Positions 37,885 through 48,190 are shown, counted from the stretch's first letter. The stretch is DNA of 64,000 nt from Patescibacteria group bacterium (GCA_023380635.1 JAMCRP010000001.1:173305-237304), one strand, 5' to 3'. Notes: generated from the sequence alone by a model not told the origin. Numbers and translations: made by a program.

Positions 37885-39020
37885 TCTTTAAAGAGTCCGA
37901 TAAAAAGGCTGGCCGCTTTTTCTAAATCGTACTTTTGGACTTGTTTTGTTCCTTCATAAATAAGTTCCTGCCTTCTTTGCAAACTCTTTAACAATTGTAC
38001 GGCAAAACTGGAAAAAGTTTTCAGATCTCCCGGCTCGGCAACATATTTTTTTTGTTTTGGTGTCAGTATATCCCGAACTCCGCCGACATTAAAAGCCACA
38101 AACGGCACTTTCATGGCCATGGATTCCAGAAGAACCCGGGGAAAGCCCTCCTGTCGTGACGGCATGATTAAAAGATCCGCCAAGGAAAAGTACTTAGAGA
38201 TTTCCTTATTGGGAATTGCCCCCAAAACCCGAACCGACTTTTTTTGACCGGCTAATTCCGTCTTAAGTTTTTTTTCATCAGGTCCCCCGCCGATAATAAC
38301 AAACCGTGCCTCCGGCACTTCGGAGATAACATTTTGTATTAATTCCGGCAGGTACCCTGTTCCTTTTCTGGGTACCAGCCGATGAACAAATAGAACCACC
38401 TTATCTTCGGGAAGAAACTTTAGCTTTCGTCTTAATCTTATTTGTTCAGTCTTACTTATTGTCATAAAACGCTGCAAATTAACCCAGTTCGGCAAAATTT
38501 TTATCTTATCGTGAGGAACTCCAAAAGTTTTTTCATAAAAATCACCCACTGTTTCCGTTCCGGTGACCAGATAGTTTACCAGCCGCAAAGTCAATAGCAT
38601 TGGCCAATGATCAGTTAGCCGTCTTCTTAAACCAGTAAAATCGTTGGTCAAATGAGCATGGTAGTTCTCAAAAGTTTCACAGTGCCAAAAATAAACTTTC
38701 CCACCGGTCGGTCGAAAGATCAGACTGGCAATAATCGCGCTCCAGTAAGAATAATGTACATAGGCAGTTCTATATCCTTGTGATCGAAATCCGAGAAAAA
38801 TAAAAAATCTTTCTAATAGACCAAATGGCGGCAGAGTAAGCTGCTGTCTATAAATTTTTACTTTTTGCTCTAAAAAACCCGGGTTTTCACCTTTTTCGAT
38901 AAACAAGGCGATTTTGACAATATTAGAGTTTCTCTCAAGCAATTCGGACAAGTTATAATAATGAGATGATGAATTGCTGGAATATTCCGGCAAAATGTAG
39001 AGAAGTTTTCCTTTGTTCAT
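37881..39020 (-). CDS. GT4 glycosyltransferase
   Basis: C-terminal QEGFPRVLLESMAMKVPFV. Confidence 0.75.
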   Translation of the reverse strand: MNKGKLLYILPEYSSNSSSHYYNLSELLERNSNIVKIALFIEKGENPGFLEQKVKIYRQQLTLPPFGLLERFFIFLGFRSQGYRTAYVHYSYWSAIIASLIFRPTGGKVYFWHCETFENYHAHLTNDFTGLRRRLTDHWPMLLTLRLVNYLVTGTETVGDFYEKTFGVPHDKIKILPNWVNLQRFMTISKTEQIRLRRKLKFLPEDKVVLFVHRLVPRKGTGYLPELIQNVISEVPEARFVIIGGGPDEKKLKTELAGQKKSVRVLGAIPNKEISKYFSLADLLIMPSRQEGFPRVLLESMAMKVPFVAFNVGGVRDILTPKQKKYVAEPGDLKTFSSFAVQLLKSLQRRQELIYEGTKQVQKYDLEKAASLFIGLFKE

Positions 39021-39029
39021 CAGGTCCTG

Positions 39030-40130
39030 TTAAAATTGCTGAATGTTTTCCCGATACCCTAAAAGAACTTTAGCAACTTTATTACTCCAGTTTGGAACCA
39101 AGTACTCTTCTGGAATTGTCCAGTTAACCCTTTGACTTAATACTGTTTCGACACTAAGTAATACTGAATCCGCATTTGCTCCCGAAAGGATATTACTTCC
39201 CGCCTCAATTGCTTCCGGTCGTTCGTTTGTATCACGTAATGCGACGTTAGGAACACCAAATAATGTACATTCCTCTGGTTCGGTTCCGCTATCACTCAAG
39301 ACACAGTAAGCATTCTTTTCCAATTTAACAAAGTCAAAAAAACCCATTGCCTCAACAATCGTAATACCTTTATCGAGTTTAATCCCGGATGTTAATTTAG
39401 ACAACTTATCCTTAGTCCTAGGATGGACACTCCAAACAAACGGAAGTCTGTATCTTCTTACGATCGAATTAAATGCTGAAACAAAGTTTGCGAGCCGTTT
39501 TAAATCGTTAGTATTCTCAGTTCTATGCAGAGTAGCAAGAAAATATTTTTTTTCTTTTACCTGCAACTCTTCAAGTTTTTGACTTGAGTTTATTTTCTCT
39601 GCATAGCGATCAAGAACTTCTTTAATAGGATTACCAACCACATATATGCGACTCGCGTGGTAACCTTCGTGAATCAAAAGATCTCTAGCCCTCTCGGTAT
39701 TCGCCATGAGAAGAGCACTGCAAGTATCAATAATTCTTCTATTCGACTCCTCAGGTACGCGGTCATCAAAGCATCGGTTACCTGCTTCCAAGTGAAAAAC
39801 TGGAATTCCCATCTTTTTAGCCACTATTGCAGATAGACCGCTATTAGTATCTCCGAAAATCACAATGCGGTCAGGCCTGAATGAGTTAATTACTTTTTCT
39901 GCTCCAACCATAATTTTGCCTATACTCTTAAATGGACTACTTGATTGTGATTCGAAAGAATAATCGGGAGCTCGTAATCCTAATTCCTTAAAAAAAATAT
40001 CTTTTAGGTTCGCGGTGTAGTTTTGCCCAGTATGGAGGATTTTGTGATCACACAATTGGTCCAAAAGGGGCATTAATACACTTAGCTTAATAATTTCAGG
40101 CCTAGTTCCAATAATAGTTAAAATCTTCAT
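39030..40130 (-). CDS. UDP-N-acetylglucosamine 2-epimerase (WecB/FnlC/Cap5G-like)
   Basis: MKILTIIGTRPEIIKLSVL...HTGQNY...D(S)GTEPEE; Epimerase_2 family. Confidence 0.85.
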   Translation of the reverse strand: MKILTIIGTRPEIIKLSVLMPLLDQLCDHKILHTGQNYTANLKDIFFKELGLRAPDYSFESQSSSPFKSIGKIMVGAEKVINSFRPDRIVIFGDTNSGLSAIVAKKMGIPVFHLEAGNRCFDDRVPEESNRRIIDTCSALLMANTERARDLLIHEGYHASRIYVVGNPIKEVLDRYAEKINSSQKLEELQVKEKKYFLATLHRTENTNDLKRLANFVSAFNSIVRRYRLPFVWSVHPRTKDKLSKLTSGIKLDKGITIVEAMGFFDFVKLEKNAYCVLSDSGTEPEECTLFGVPNVALRDTNERPEAIEAGSNILSGANADSVLLSVETVLSQRVNWTIPEEYLVPNWSNKVAKVLLGYRENIQQF

Positions 40131-41191
40131 CTTAACAATTCGCCCTCATATTTTAATTCCTTATCAAGAAGTAAATCATTTTTGCTGAGAAGTTCTCGGG
40201 TGTTCGACAGGGACATAATATTGTCAGTAGAACTATAGGATTTTTTAATTGGTTGACCGTCTTTGTGATGATTAGGAAAATGAGAAAGAACTGGTTTAAT
40301 AACGTAATAATCTCCGCGTTTATAAGTACGATGAGATTCTTCTTCTGAAACAAGCTCCTCGTAAATCTTCTCACCGGGTCTTATTCCAGTATAAGAAATG
40401 CTAATCTTTTTATTACCAATTAATGCCTTAGCTACATTATTAATATTTGAAGAAGGAATGATCGGAATATATATTTCACCAGGAAGGGCAGAGCCTAAAG
40501 CAGCAAGAATTGTATCTACTGCCTTTTCTAGAGTGAGCAAAAATCGAGTCATATCCTTAGTGGTAACTGTCACTGGCCCCCCATTCTTAATCTGATCATG
40601 AAAAAGAGGGATTACCGAACCCCGGGAAGCAAGGACATTCCCATAGCGCACACAAATGAACCTTGTATAAGGCAAATTTAGATTTGCAGTAATGAATAAC
40701 CTTTCTTGTAAAGCTTTTGTCATACCCATAACGTTGACAGGGCGACAAGCCTTATCTGTTGAAACTCCTACTACTGCACTAATTTTCAGCCCACCCTCCT
40801 CAATAGCGCGAATTATGTTTTGTGGACCCAAGATGTTAGTCTGAACGGCCTCAAAGGGAAAGTACTCGCAGGAAGGAACTTGTTTTAAAGCAGCTGCATT
40901 AATTACAATGTCGGCATCTCGTAATACAGATCGGACAGAATGATAATCTCTTATATCTCCAATGCGGAAATCGAGGATTCTCTGATAGTCATCGTAGATA
41001 ATTTCTTCGGTCGCGTTCCTTTTCTTGAGGTATTCCAGACGCATATAATATTGTTTGGCCTCATCTCTTGAAAAGATTATAATTTTTTTTGGACGGCCGT
41101 GATTTCCAGTAAGTAAACGTTTAGTCAAAACCTTCCCCAATGATCCAGTTCCACCTGTAATTACAATAGTTTTATTTTCAAAAAGAATCAT
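40127..41191 (-). CDS. UDP-GlcNAc 4,6-dehydratase(/5-epimerase), CapD/FnlA/PseB family
   Basis: ITGGTGSLGKVL...IIIFSRDEAKQ; Polysacc_synt_2 family. An A9 tract lies in codons for KKI. Confidence 0.8.
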   Translation of the reverse strand: MILFENKTIVITGGTGSLGKVLTKRLLTGNHGRPKKIIIFSRDEAKQYYMRLEYLKKRNATEEIIYDDYQRILDFRIGDIRDYHSVRSVLRDADIVINAAALKQVPSCEYFPFEAVQTNILGPQNIIRAIEEGGLKISAVVGVSTDKACRPVNVMGMTKALQERLFITANLNLPYTRFICVRYGNVLASRGSVIPLFHDQIKNGGPVTVTTKDMTRFLLTLEKAVDTILAALGSALPGEIYIPIIPSSNINNVAKALIGNKKISISYTGIRPGEKIYEELVSEEESHRTYKRGDYYVIKPVLSHFPNHHKDGQPIKKSYSSTDNIMSLSNTRELLSKNDLLLDKELKYEGELLR

Positions 41192-42093
41192 GCTGATATT
41201 GATTTCTTTTTAAGCAAGTTAATATTTTGGACATACATATCCTCGATCATTTTGGGCCAATCCGGAGGAATATATTTGCTTAATTTTCTGAACTTGTCTG
41301 AATTTAATGATCTATCACAGATAAAATTATCATCGATCTCAATTCTAGTAGATTTATTATATCTTTTTGCTATTAATTGCAAGAGATCAAATTTAGAAAT
41401 TGGTTTTGACGAAATATTATAAATGCCTGTAAGCTCGTCATTTGGAATTATATATTTACTAAAAACTTTGGTAAGTTCGATTAATGTCAATCCACTATAA
41501 ATAGCTCTTCGAAATCCTTTAACTGTAACCCGCTGTGACAGAAACCATTCCAATAGTTCGTATTTAGTTCCTAGTTCATGGCCGATATATGAAGATCTGA
41601 TTGTCAAAGAATGCGAATTAGCGACTTCGCCCAGCCCTTTTGTTTTACCATACATATCTAATGCATCTGGAGTATCATTATCGTCATAATTTCCCTTCCG
41701 TCCGCTAAATACGCAGTCTGTGCTTAGATGAATTAATCTAGCATTATTCTTTTTACAAATACCTGATAACAGATGTGGGAAAAGCGCATTAACATAAATG
41801 GCTTGTTCAGGCACTTGGCATTCTGGTAATTGTTTAATTATTCCAATGCAGTTAATCACTTCTTGTGGTCGTAGTTGATAAATTATATTTTCAAACTTTT
41901 TGATGTTCCATGCGTTTAATTCATCAAGTATGTGCTCACGCTCTTTAGCGTTGAATATCTGTTTTGTCTTAATCGAGCTTCTCGAGGTTCCCCAAACTTC
42001 ATAACCTTTAGTGCTAGATAAGCCGAGAAAGAGAAGGCGACCAATTTTCCCCGTTGCGCCCAGCACTAGAATCCTCTTTTTTGTCATAATCAT
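41188..42093 (-). CDS. RmlD-like reductase (dTDP-4-dehydrorhamnose reductase family; FnlB/Cap5F-like)
   Basis: ILVLGATGKIGRLL Rossmann motif and the RmlD substrate-binding architecture. It lies between CapD-like and GT genes, as in FucNAc loci. Confidence 0.65.
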   Translation of the reverse strand: MIMTKKRILVLGATGKIGRLLFLGLSSTKGYEVWGTSRSSIKTKQIFNAKEREHILDELNAWNIKKFENIIYQLRPQEVINCIGIIKQLPECQVPEQAIYVNALFPHLLSGICKKNNARLIHLSTDCVFSGRKGNYDDNDTPDALDMYGKTKGLGEVANSHSLTIRSSYIGHELGTKYELLEWFLSQRVTVKGFRRAIYSGLTLIELTKVFSKYIIPNDELTGIYNISSKPISKFDLLQLIAKRYNKSTRIEIDDNFICDRSLNSDKFRKLSKYIPPDWPKMIEDMYVQNINLLKKKSISA

Positions 42094-42108
42094 TAAAAAA
42101 ATTTAAAT

Positions 42109-43335
42109 TTATAGCTCTCTAACTATTTTAAGAAATTTGAGAGAATTCATTTTGGCGTTATGGTTCGCCAGAAATGTGTCTTTAGCCTTCGATAACAAAG
42201 CACGGCGTATTTTTTTATTTGTGAGAAGAGTTTTGATTGCTTTTGCCAGCTCAGCCGAATTTTGCTCGGTGACAGTTAACGCGGTCCCCGTTTCTTTAGC
42301 GTAAGAAACAACCGCCGAGTATTTTGGTGCATATACAAGAATTGGTACTCCAGAAGCTAAGTATTCTGTATATTTTGCAGGAGTAGCTGTTCTTATTATA
42401 TCTATATTTTTTGACCCGAATGACATGGGAACAAAAGCAATACCAGACGATCGGATAGTTTCCTGGACATGAGATGGTGCTACTTCGTTAAAGGTTACAT
42501 TCATTGATAAAGTGATGCCTAACCGATTTAAGTCGTCTTTACAATTCGGAGAAATAATTGCTACTTTAACGTGTAATATTTTTAAGATATTTATGGCATC
42601 AAGAAGATCAATTATTCCTTGAACTTGAGCCCAATAAATTGATCCCACAAACACAATTGTTGAATTGTGTTTTATCTTTTCTCTATTATTTGCTTGAACA
42701 GCTCTATCAACTTCTACCGAGTTATAAATTAACTTTGAGTTAATTCCGTATCTTTTTTTGAAGTGGTCGCGCGTAGGTTTATTGTTTACAATTACATGTC
42801 TAGCACTTTTAAAGATCATGCCTTCAAGCGCCCATGCGAGAACAGAATCAAGTAATGATCGGGAGTTCCCTCGCCAAAGGTCAAATATCAGGATTAGGTA
42901 AGGCTTCCTGGTTAAAAAATGCAAAATGAATGTTGCCATTAGTTGTTCCCCGTTGGCGGTACCAACAAGCAGTTCTATATTCTCGGATTTAATCAGTCTA
43001 ATGCCAGTTATTACTATTAATGTTGTTTCCCATATTATGTTTAATTGCTTGTTCGTAAATCTCTTTATTTTTGCTACAAGAGTATATTTTAAAGTAAATT
43101 GCTTGGTTCCGAGCTTTTTTTGTTCGGGAATTGGAAGGTAATAATAGTATTTTGCCGGAAGCCATTTCTCATCGGAAGAATTAATGTCTACAAATCCCGA
43201 TCCGTTAGTTAAAAAACAATATGATCCTTGTGGGAATGTCTTAAAAAGATTATATAGCATTAAGGGGCCACCTTTTCTTTGCGGCGGAGCCCACGCAGAG
43301 AGAATCAAGGTCTTTTTTATCCTAGAGGCAATCAT
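42109..43335 (-). CDS. GT4-like glycosyltransferase
   Basis: C-terminal Glycos_transf_1-like region (IVFVGSIYWAQ...PAKYTEYLASGVPILV). Confidence 0.5.
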   Translation of the reverse strand: MIASRIKKTLILSAWAPPQRKGGPLMLYNLFKTFPQGSYCFLTNGSGFVDINSSDEKWLPAKYYYYLPIPEQKKLGTKQFTLKYTLVAKIKRFTNKQLNIIWETTLIVITGIRLIKSENIELLVGTANGEQLMATFILHFLTRKPYLILIFDLWRGNSRSLLDSVLAWALEGMIFKSARHVIVNNKPTRDHFKKRYGINSKLIYNSVEVDRAVQANNREKIKHNSTIVFVGSIYWAQVQGIIDLLDAINILKILHVKVAIISPNCKDDLNRLGITLSMNVTFNEVAPSHVQETIRSSGIAFVPMSFGSKNIDIIRTATPAKYTEYLASGVPILVYAPKYSAVVSYAKETGTALTVTEQNSAELAKAIKTLLTNKKIRRALLSKAKDTFLANHNAKMNSLKFLKIVREL

Positions 43336-43997
43336 AGTGTTGATTTAACCGCAAGCAAATGAAAGCTTAAGGCAGGCATTCTTGAAAAAAAGAACTGGGA
43401 GACGTTGGCGACCACGAGCCAAATTGTTTTGGGTGAAAAACGGATGTAACCCTCTTCTCGACGAAGGAACTTAAGGCCGCCAGCACCAATGCATGCAAAT
43501 CCGGCAGCGTTAAAATCTTTAGCAAACCACCCCGAACGGTGTTTATTCCATGGGTTTATTTCTGTATGTTTGTCGTCTTGAGAGATATACCCGTTAGGCG
43601 TAAGAATAATTACTTTTCTGCGAGCGATTCGCTGTGCTTGTTTAATCAATTCCCAGCCTTGCGTTTTATCTAAATGCTCGATAACATCAAAAGAAACTAC
43701 AGCATCGAAGGAATTATCTTTAAATTTCTTCCACAATTTAGAAATATCCCCAACAATAACTTTGTGATACGCTTTAGATTCAAGTGCCTTCTTTGCGGCT
43801 GGAATATACGCTTCAACTCCCGTAATTCTTCCCAAAAACCGTACGTCCCTTAAAAAGGACTCTCTCCCATCACTGCAGCCGACATCTAAGATAGTAGTCG
43901 TTCCCATTAACTCTTCTCGCACCCTTTTCGAGATAAACTCTCTTTCGGGATAAAAAAATCTGTCTATTTTCCATCCGACACGACTCAATATTATCAC
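43332..43997 (-). CDS. class I SAM-dependent methyltransferase
   Basis: ILDVGCSDGRE. Confidence 0.75.
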   Translation of the reverse strand: MIILSRVGWKIDRFFYPEREFISKRVREELMGTTTILDVGCSDGRESFLRDVRFLGRITGVEAYIPAAKKALESKAYHKVIVGDISKLWKKFKDNSFDAVVSFDVIEHLDKTQGWELIKQAQRIARRKVIILTPNGYISQDDKHTEINPWNKHRSGWFAKDFNAAGFACIGAGGLKFLRREEGYIRFSPKTIWLVVANVSQFFFSRMPALSFHLLAVKSTL

Positions 43998-45247
43998 TTG
44001 TAAACTAATAAAAAATAATTCTCAATTATTATAAAAACCTGTGTAGCTATTCTTGCCAGAATCAGACCTACTAAGCCAAGATAATACCCGAACCCGAAAG
44101 TTAATGCAATTTGTACGATAGGAGTAGTTACTCCCGATATTCCCATACGTCGATGCCTTTGCTTTGCCACCAATGCGGTTCCCATAACTCCAGGAACTAT
44201 TGAAATCATATTCAAACCAGCTAATTGGGTTAATGGGATAGCTTGATTATATTTTGGGAAGAATAAATGAAAAAGCGTGGGGGCCAAAAAGTAGTAACCA
44301 ACAATTCCCAAAACAATAACTAACGAAAAATACAAAACCTTGCGGGGCAAAAAGGAATTAATTTCGTCTACAGACAGGTGAACTAACTTTGGCATTGCTA
44401 AAGAAGGTATAAACTTAAAAAATATCCGAGCTTGCTCGGGGATAGAAATAGCTAGCGAATACATCGCTAGGCTCTCTGATCCCAGGAAATGCCACACTAA
44501 AATAGAGTCGAGATATTGGGCAACAGTATTTAAACAGTTAAGGATACTTTGGTATATACCCGTTTTAATAATGCTCTGATCTTGAGCCAAACTAGTTGGA
44601 AATTTTTGGATAATTAATTTATAAATAAAAATATTAAATAGCAAGGTTGAAATAAAATAACTACTTATAACAGCGAAAAGCCCTAATCTTAAAATTAGTG
44701 CAACTATTGAAACCAACATGGGAATAAAAAATACAACAAATGTAATTACTGAATAATGTTTGAAGTCCTTCCTTCCTAAAAATAACGCCGAATAGGTGTT
44801 AAATGCATTAGAGACGGGTATTACTAAACTAAGTAAGAGGACTGTTGACCCAAGAAATAAATTTTGAGAAATAAAGTAAAACAAGCTTAAGGAAATACCA
44901 ACTAGTAATGGTAGCGTTCCGAATATTATTTGAACCCGCACTGCTTCTTTAAGTATGGCTTCTTTCTCCTTTGCTACAGCTAAAGTGACTGCGGTGTTCA
45001 TTCCAGTTAATGTCAGAGCTCCAAGTAAAGAGGCGATGACAAAAACAAATTTGTAAAGTCCATATTCTTGAGGAGTAAACACACGGGTAAAAATTACTAC
45101 TGAGATTAATGAAATTGCAGCGGTTAGTAGGTTAAGAATAGACAACCAAGCTGTGGAATAGGCAGCATAGTTCAAATCTAACCCCACGAGTAGTGATATT
45201 TTTTGAATTAAATTATTTGTTGGAGAGAAAGATTCAAGTATTTTCAT
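43994..45247 (-). CDS. Wzx-type polysaccharide flippase (MOP/PST family)
   Basis: 12-14 TM and Polysacc_synt-like N-terminus. It is the second flippase in the locus. Confidence 0.7.
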   Translation of the reverse strand: MKILESFSPTNNLIQKISLLVGLDLNYAAYSTAWLSILNLLTAAISLISVVIFTRVFTPQEYGLYKFVFVIASLLGALTLTGMNTAVTLAVAKEKEAILKEAVRVQIIFGTLPLLVGISLSLFYFISQNLFLGSTVLLLSLVIPVSNAFNTYSALFLGRKDFKHYSVITFVVFFIPMLVSIVALILRLGLFAVISSYFISTLLFNIFIYKLIIQKFPTSLAQDQSIIKTGIYQSILNCLNTVAQYLDSILVWHFLGSESLAMYSLAISIPEQARIFFKFIPSLAMPKLVHLSVDEINSFLPRKVLYFSLVIVLGIVGYYFLAPTLFHLFFPKYNQAIPLTQLAGLNMISIVPGVMGTALVAKQRHRRMGISGVTTPIVQIALTFGFGYYLGLVGLILARIATQVFIIIENYFLLVYK

Positions 45248-45280
45248 TTATTATTTAATCCTGACTATACAAATTTACTT

Positions 45281-46288
45281 TTGTTAGTTATCATATCAAA
45301 CATGAGAATTTTAATCACTGGTGGGGCCGGTTTTCAGGGAAGCCATATCGTGAATTATCTAGTTCAAAATGGTCACGAGATCACTATTCTTAATACCTTC
45401 TCGGAGTCTTCGCAAGAACGCCTTCTAACTCTAAAGGACAAGGTGACTACTGTGTGGGGAAGTGTTACTGATAAGGAGTTGGTTGACAAGACGGTCCGCG
45501 AACACGATCTGATTACCCATCTTGCCGCAAGAATAAATGTAGATGAGTCAGTTACGGACCCAAGATCTTATTTAGATGTTAATATTTATGGCACCTACAA
45601 CATTTTAGAAGCCATCCGAAAGTTGACAAACAGGCCACGACTAATTTATTGGAGCACTTGTGAAGTTTACGGTGAACCCAAAAGAGGTATTACCTTAAAT
45701 GAAGAATCAGAACTTCGCCCTCAAAGTCCATATGCCGCATCAAAAGCTGGAGCCGATCGCCTATGTTATTCTTATTATCAAACTTACGGTTTAAACATTG
45801 TCATAAGCCGTTTTTTTAATATTTTTGGAGAGGGACAAAAGTCAGGGCAACATGGCGCATTAATTCCCATAATGGTAGAAAGGGCAATACACGGAGAACC
45901 ATTGACAGTATCCGGGACAGGCAAACAAACACGAGACTATACTTATATTTCTGATGTTATAAAAGCTTTCGGACTTCTTATGAACCACAAGGAATTATCC
46001 GGGCAAGCAGTTAACTTTGCTTCTGGAGTTAATACTTCTGTTATAGATATTGCTCAATACATCGCGAATAAACTAAAGGCGAAAGTCGTGCATACGCCAG
46101 CCCGCCCCGGCGAAGTAATGAAGTTTCCGGCAGACATTTCCAAGGCGAAAACACTTGGATTTAAGCCTACGGTAACTATTTGGGAAGGGATTGATCGGTA
46201 TATTGACTGGCGGTTATCAAAGAAAGAACCCTCTTCGCCCGGTGCCTCCAAGTATATTTCTGCGAGACTGTTTGAAAAGCCTGAGTAG
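45281..46288 (+). CDS. NAD-dependent sugar 4,6-dehydratase/epimerase (SDR, RfbB/UXS-like)
   Basis: ITGGAGFQGSHIVNYL; catalytic STCEVYG and YAASK. Confidence 0.85.
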   Translation: MLVIISNMRILITGGAGFQGSHIVNYLVQNGHEITILNTFSESSQERLLTLKDKVTTVWGSVTDKELVDKTVREHDLITHLAARINVDESVTDPRSYLDVNIYGTYNILEAIRKLTNRPRLIYWSTCEVYGEPKRGITLNEESELRPQSPYAASKAGADRLCYSYYQTYGLNIVISRFFNIFGEGQKSGQHGALIPIMVERAIHGEPLTVSGTGKQTRDYTYISDVIKAFGLLMNHKELSGQAVNFASGVNTSVIDIAQYIANKLKAKVVHTPARPGEVMKFPADISKAKTLGFKPTVTIWEGIDRYIDWRLSKKEPSSPGASKYISARLFEKPE

Positions 46289-47408
46289 CAATTGTTTCGG
46301 CTAACTTTTTGTTAGTAATCAACTCCTTAATTCCTAGTGCTAAACTTTCTGGGCTACCCGGCTCAGCCAACAACGCAGTTTCCCGGTCAATCAACACTTC
46401 TTTTACGGAGGGGAGATCAGTAGCAATAATTGGATTTTTGGTAGCCATGTATTCAAACATCTTGAGTGGTGCCATTATATAAGCGTAGTGTTCTGTCCAA
46501 GGAAAGGGCATGGCACAAACATCAAAAGCGCGCATGTATTTGTAAAGAGTCTTTGGAGGGACGTGACCGATAAAATAATAATCGTCTTTAGCCAGATTGT
46601 TCTCTTTCGCTAGGCGGCGATATTTTTCTATCTGTTCCTCTGGTCCGCCAACACATACCAAAAATAATTTCTTATTTTCCTTCTTTAAAATTCCCATAGC
46701 AGAGATAAGCTCTGGTATACCCTTTTCCATGTTATTGGTCAAAAACCTGCCTCCATATCCGACAATAATTTTTTCAGAAGGTAGTTTTAATCCCTTTCGT
46801 AGCTCAGATTTGGAAGTTTGATAATCAAAATCCTGCAAGTTTATACTATTTGGGAGAACTTCTATTTTCCCTGCAAAATTCTTCTTTGTGTAATATTCTG
46901 CCATTTTATGAGTAGTGGTAACTATAATATCTACCCTGCTAAGTGCAATCTTTTCCAGTAACCGTTCATAGAAATTACCAGGCAAAATATGCACTTCATA
47001 AACAACTGTAGGGCTATATATTAGTTTGATCAGCTTAAGTAAAACTAAAATTTCTTTACATTCAGTAAACAAGTGCACATATTTTCTCTTGTTGGTGAAG
47101 AGATACAGGACCAGTCCAAGACTATATGACCAGCTCATAACAAAATAGCGTAAATGTGAGAAAAACCGCTCCGTTAACAAAGTCTCCGGTAATATCAGGC
47201 AAGGCAAACTTTTTAAGACATACCTGTTTGGTGCTAGCTGATAATAATCCCAAAAATTTTCTTTAATTGTTTTTACCGGCGGAATTCTGGGTTGTAACAA
47301 CTCTAATTTGTGACCATTATCAAAAAAAGCCTGGCACATAACAGCAATCATTCGGGAGACACCACGCTGCTCTGGCATCCTAATTTTGGTAACAAAAGAA
47401 ATTAGCAT
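46176..47408 (-). CDS. GT4 glycosyltransferase
   Basis: C-terminal Glycos_transf_1 region. Its 3' end overlaps the convergent + strand gene by 113 nt. Confidence 0.7.
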   Translation of the reverse strand: MLISFVTKIRMPEQRGVSRMIAVMCQAFFDNGHKLELLQPRIPPVKTIKENFWDYYQLAPNRYVLKSLPCLILPETLLTERFFSHLRYFVMSWSYSLGLVLYLFTNKRKYVHLFTECKEILVLLKLIKLIYSPTVVYEVHILPGNFYERLLEKIALSRVDIIVTTTHKMAEYYTKKNFAGKIEVLPNSINLQDFDYQTSKSELRKGLKLPSEKIIVGYGGRFLTNNMEKGIPELISAMGILKKENKKLFLVCVGGPEEQIEKYRRLAKENNLAKDDYYFIGHVPPKTLYKYMRAFDVCAMPFPWTEHYAYIMAPLKMFEYMATKNPIIATDLPSVKEVLIDRETALLAEPGSPESLALGIKELITNKKLAETIATQAFQTVSQKYTWRHRAKRVLSLITASQYTDQSLPK

Positions 47409-48190
47409 GTTAGGCGAACTAAACTACGTACACCGTTTAAAGGAACTATTTTTTGTTTATATCCAGGAAACAAAGACAAAAACCGTCTTAAAGATGCTTT
47501 CATTAAATCCGGGTGCACCTCACCTATAAGATAATCAGTACCATGCTTATTCTTAAATGAACGAAATACCTTATATTCTTCACCTTCAATATCAAACTTT
47601 ACAAGATCTATTTTCCTGATCCCAAGTTCTTTAACGATAGAATCAAGTGAACGACACTGGACATCAATACTCATCTGTTTAGGATATCTTTGAAAAAGTG
47701 AAGAAGACATACTACCGTCGCTAATGTATAACTTATTTGTTTGGTTAACATCGGACAAGGCGAAATTGTAGGCTTTCACTCCATCGAAAGACGCAATATT
47801 TCTCTTAAGGATTAAGTAGTTATCGGGGTTCGGCTCGAAACAGAATATTTTTGATTTCGGGTAAAGTAGTTTAAAGTATATAACTGATGTGCCGATATGA
47901 GAACCCAGGTCCAGAATAACGGGATTATTCTGATTTAGGCTTACTTTATAAGTCTCATTGATAAAAATGTCTTCTATGGCTACCGTATCAATATTGTCCC
48001 GGACCGTTAACACGAACTGAGTTCCAAACTTTTGAAATGATAGCTTAAATTGAGTATCGGGAAATATCCCCAGTTTTTGCCTTATCGGGGACCAGACAAA
48101 GATAATTAGCAATTTTATTCTTGTTAAATTATCTGCGGACAAGGAAAAAAGGTGAAACCTGAATAAATTTCTAATTGTAGTTAGTGTCAT
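47402..48190 (-). CDS. FkbM-family methyltransferase
   Basis: ILDLGSHIGTSVIYF...FEPNPDNY...KFDIEGEE. Confidence 0.75.
   Translation of the reverse strand: MTLTTIRNLFRFHLFSLSADNLTRIKLLIIFVWSPIRQKLGIFPDTQFKLSFQKFGTQFVLTVRDNIDTVAIEDIFINETYKVSLNQNNPVILDLGSHIGTSVIYFKLLYPKSKIFCFEPNPDNYLILKRNIASFDGVKAYNFALSDVNQTNKLYISDGSMSSSLFQRYPKQMSIDVQCRSLDSIVKELGIRKIDLVKFDIEGEEYKVFRSFKNKHGTDYLIGEVHPDLMKASLRRFLSLFPGYKQKIVPLNGVRSLVRLTC

Noticed and set aside
46176-46288. 113-nt convergent overlap between the + strand dehydratase and the GT4 gene
   Set aside because: This is most likely caused by over-extended C-terminal calls of one or both ORFs. It is not evidence of a functional overlap.
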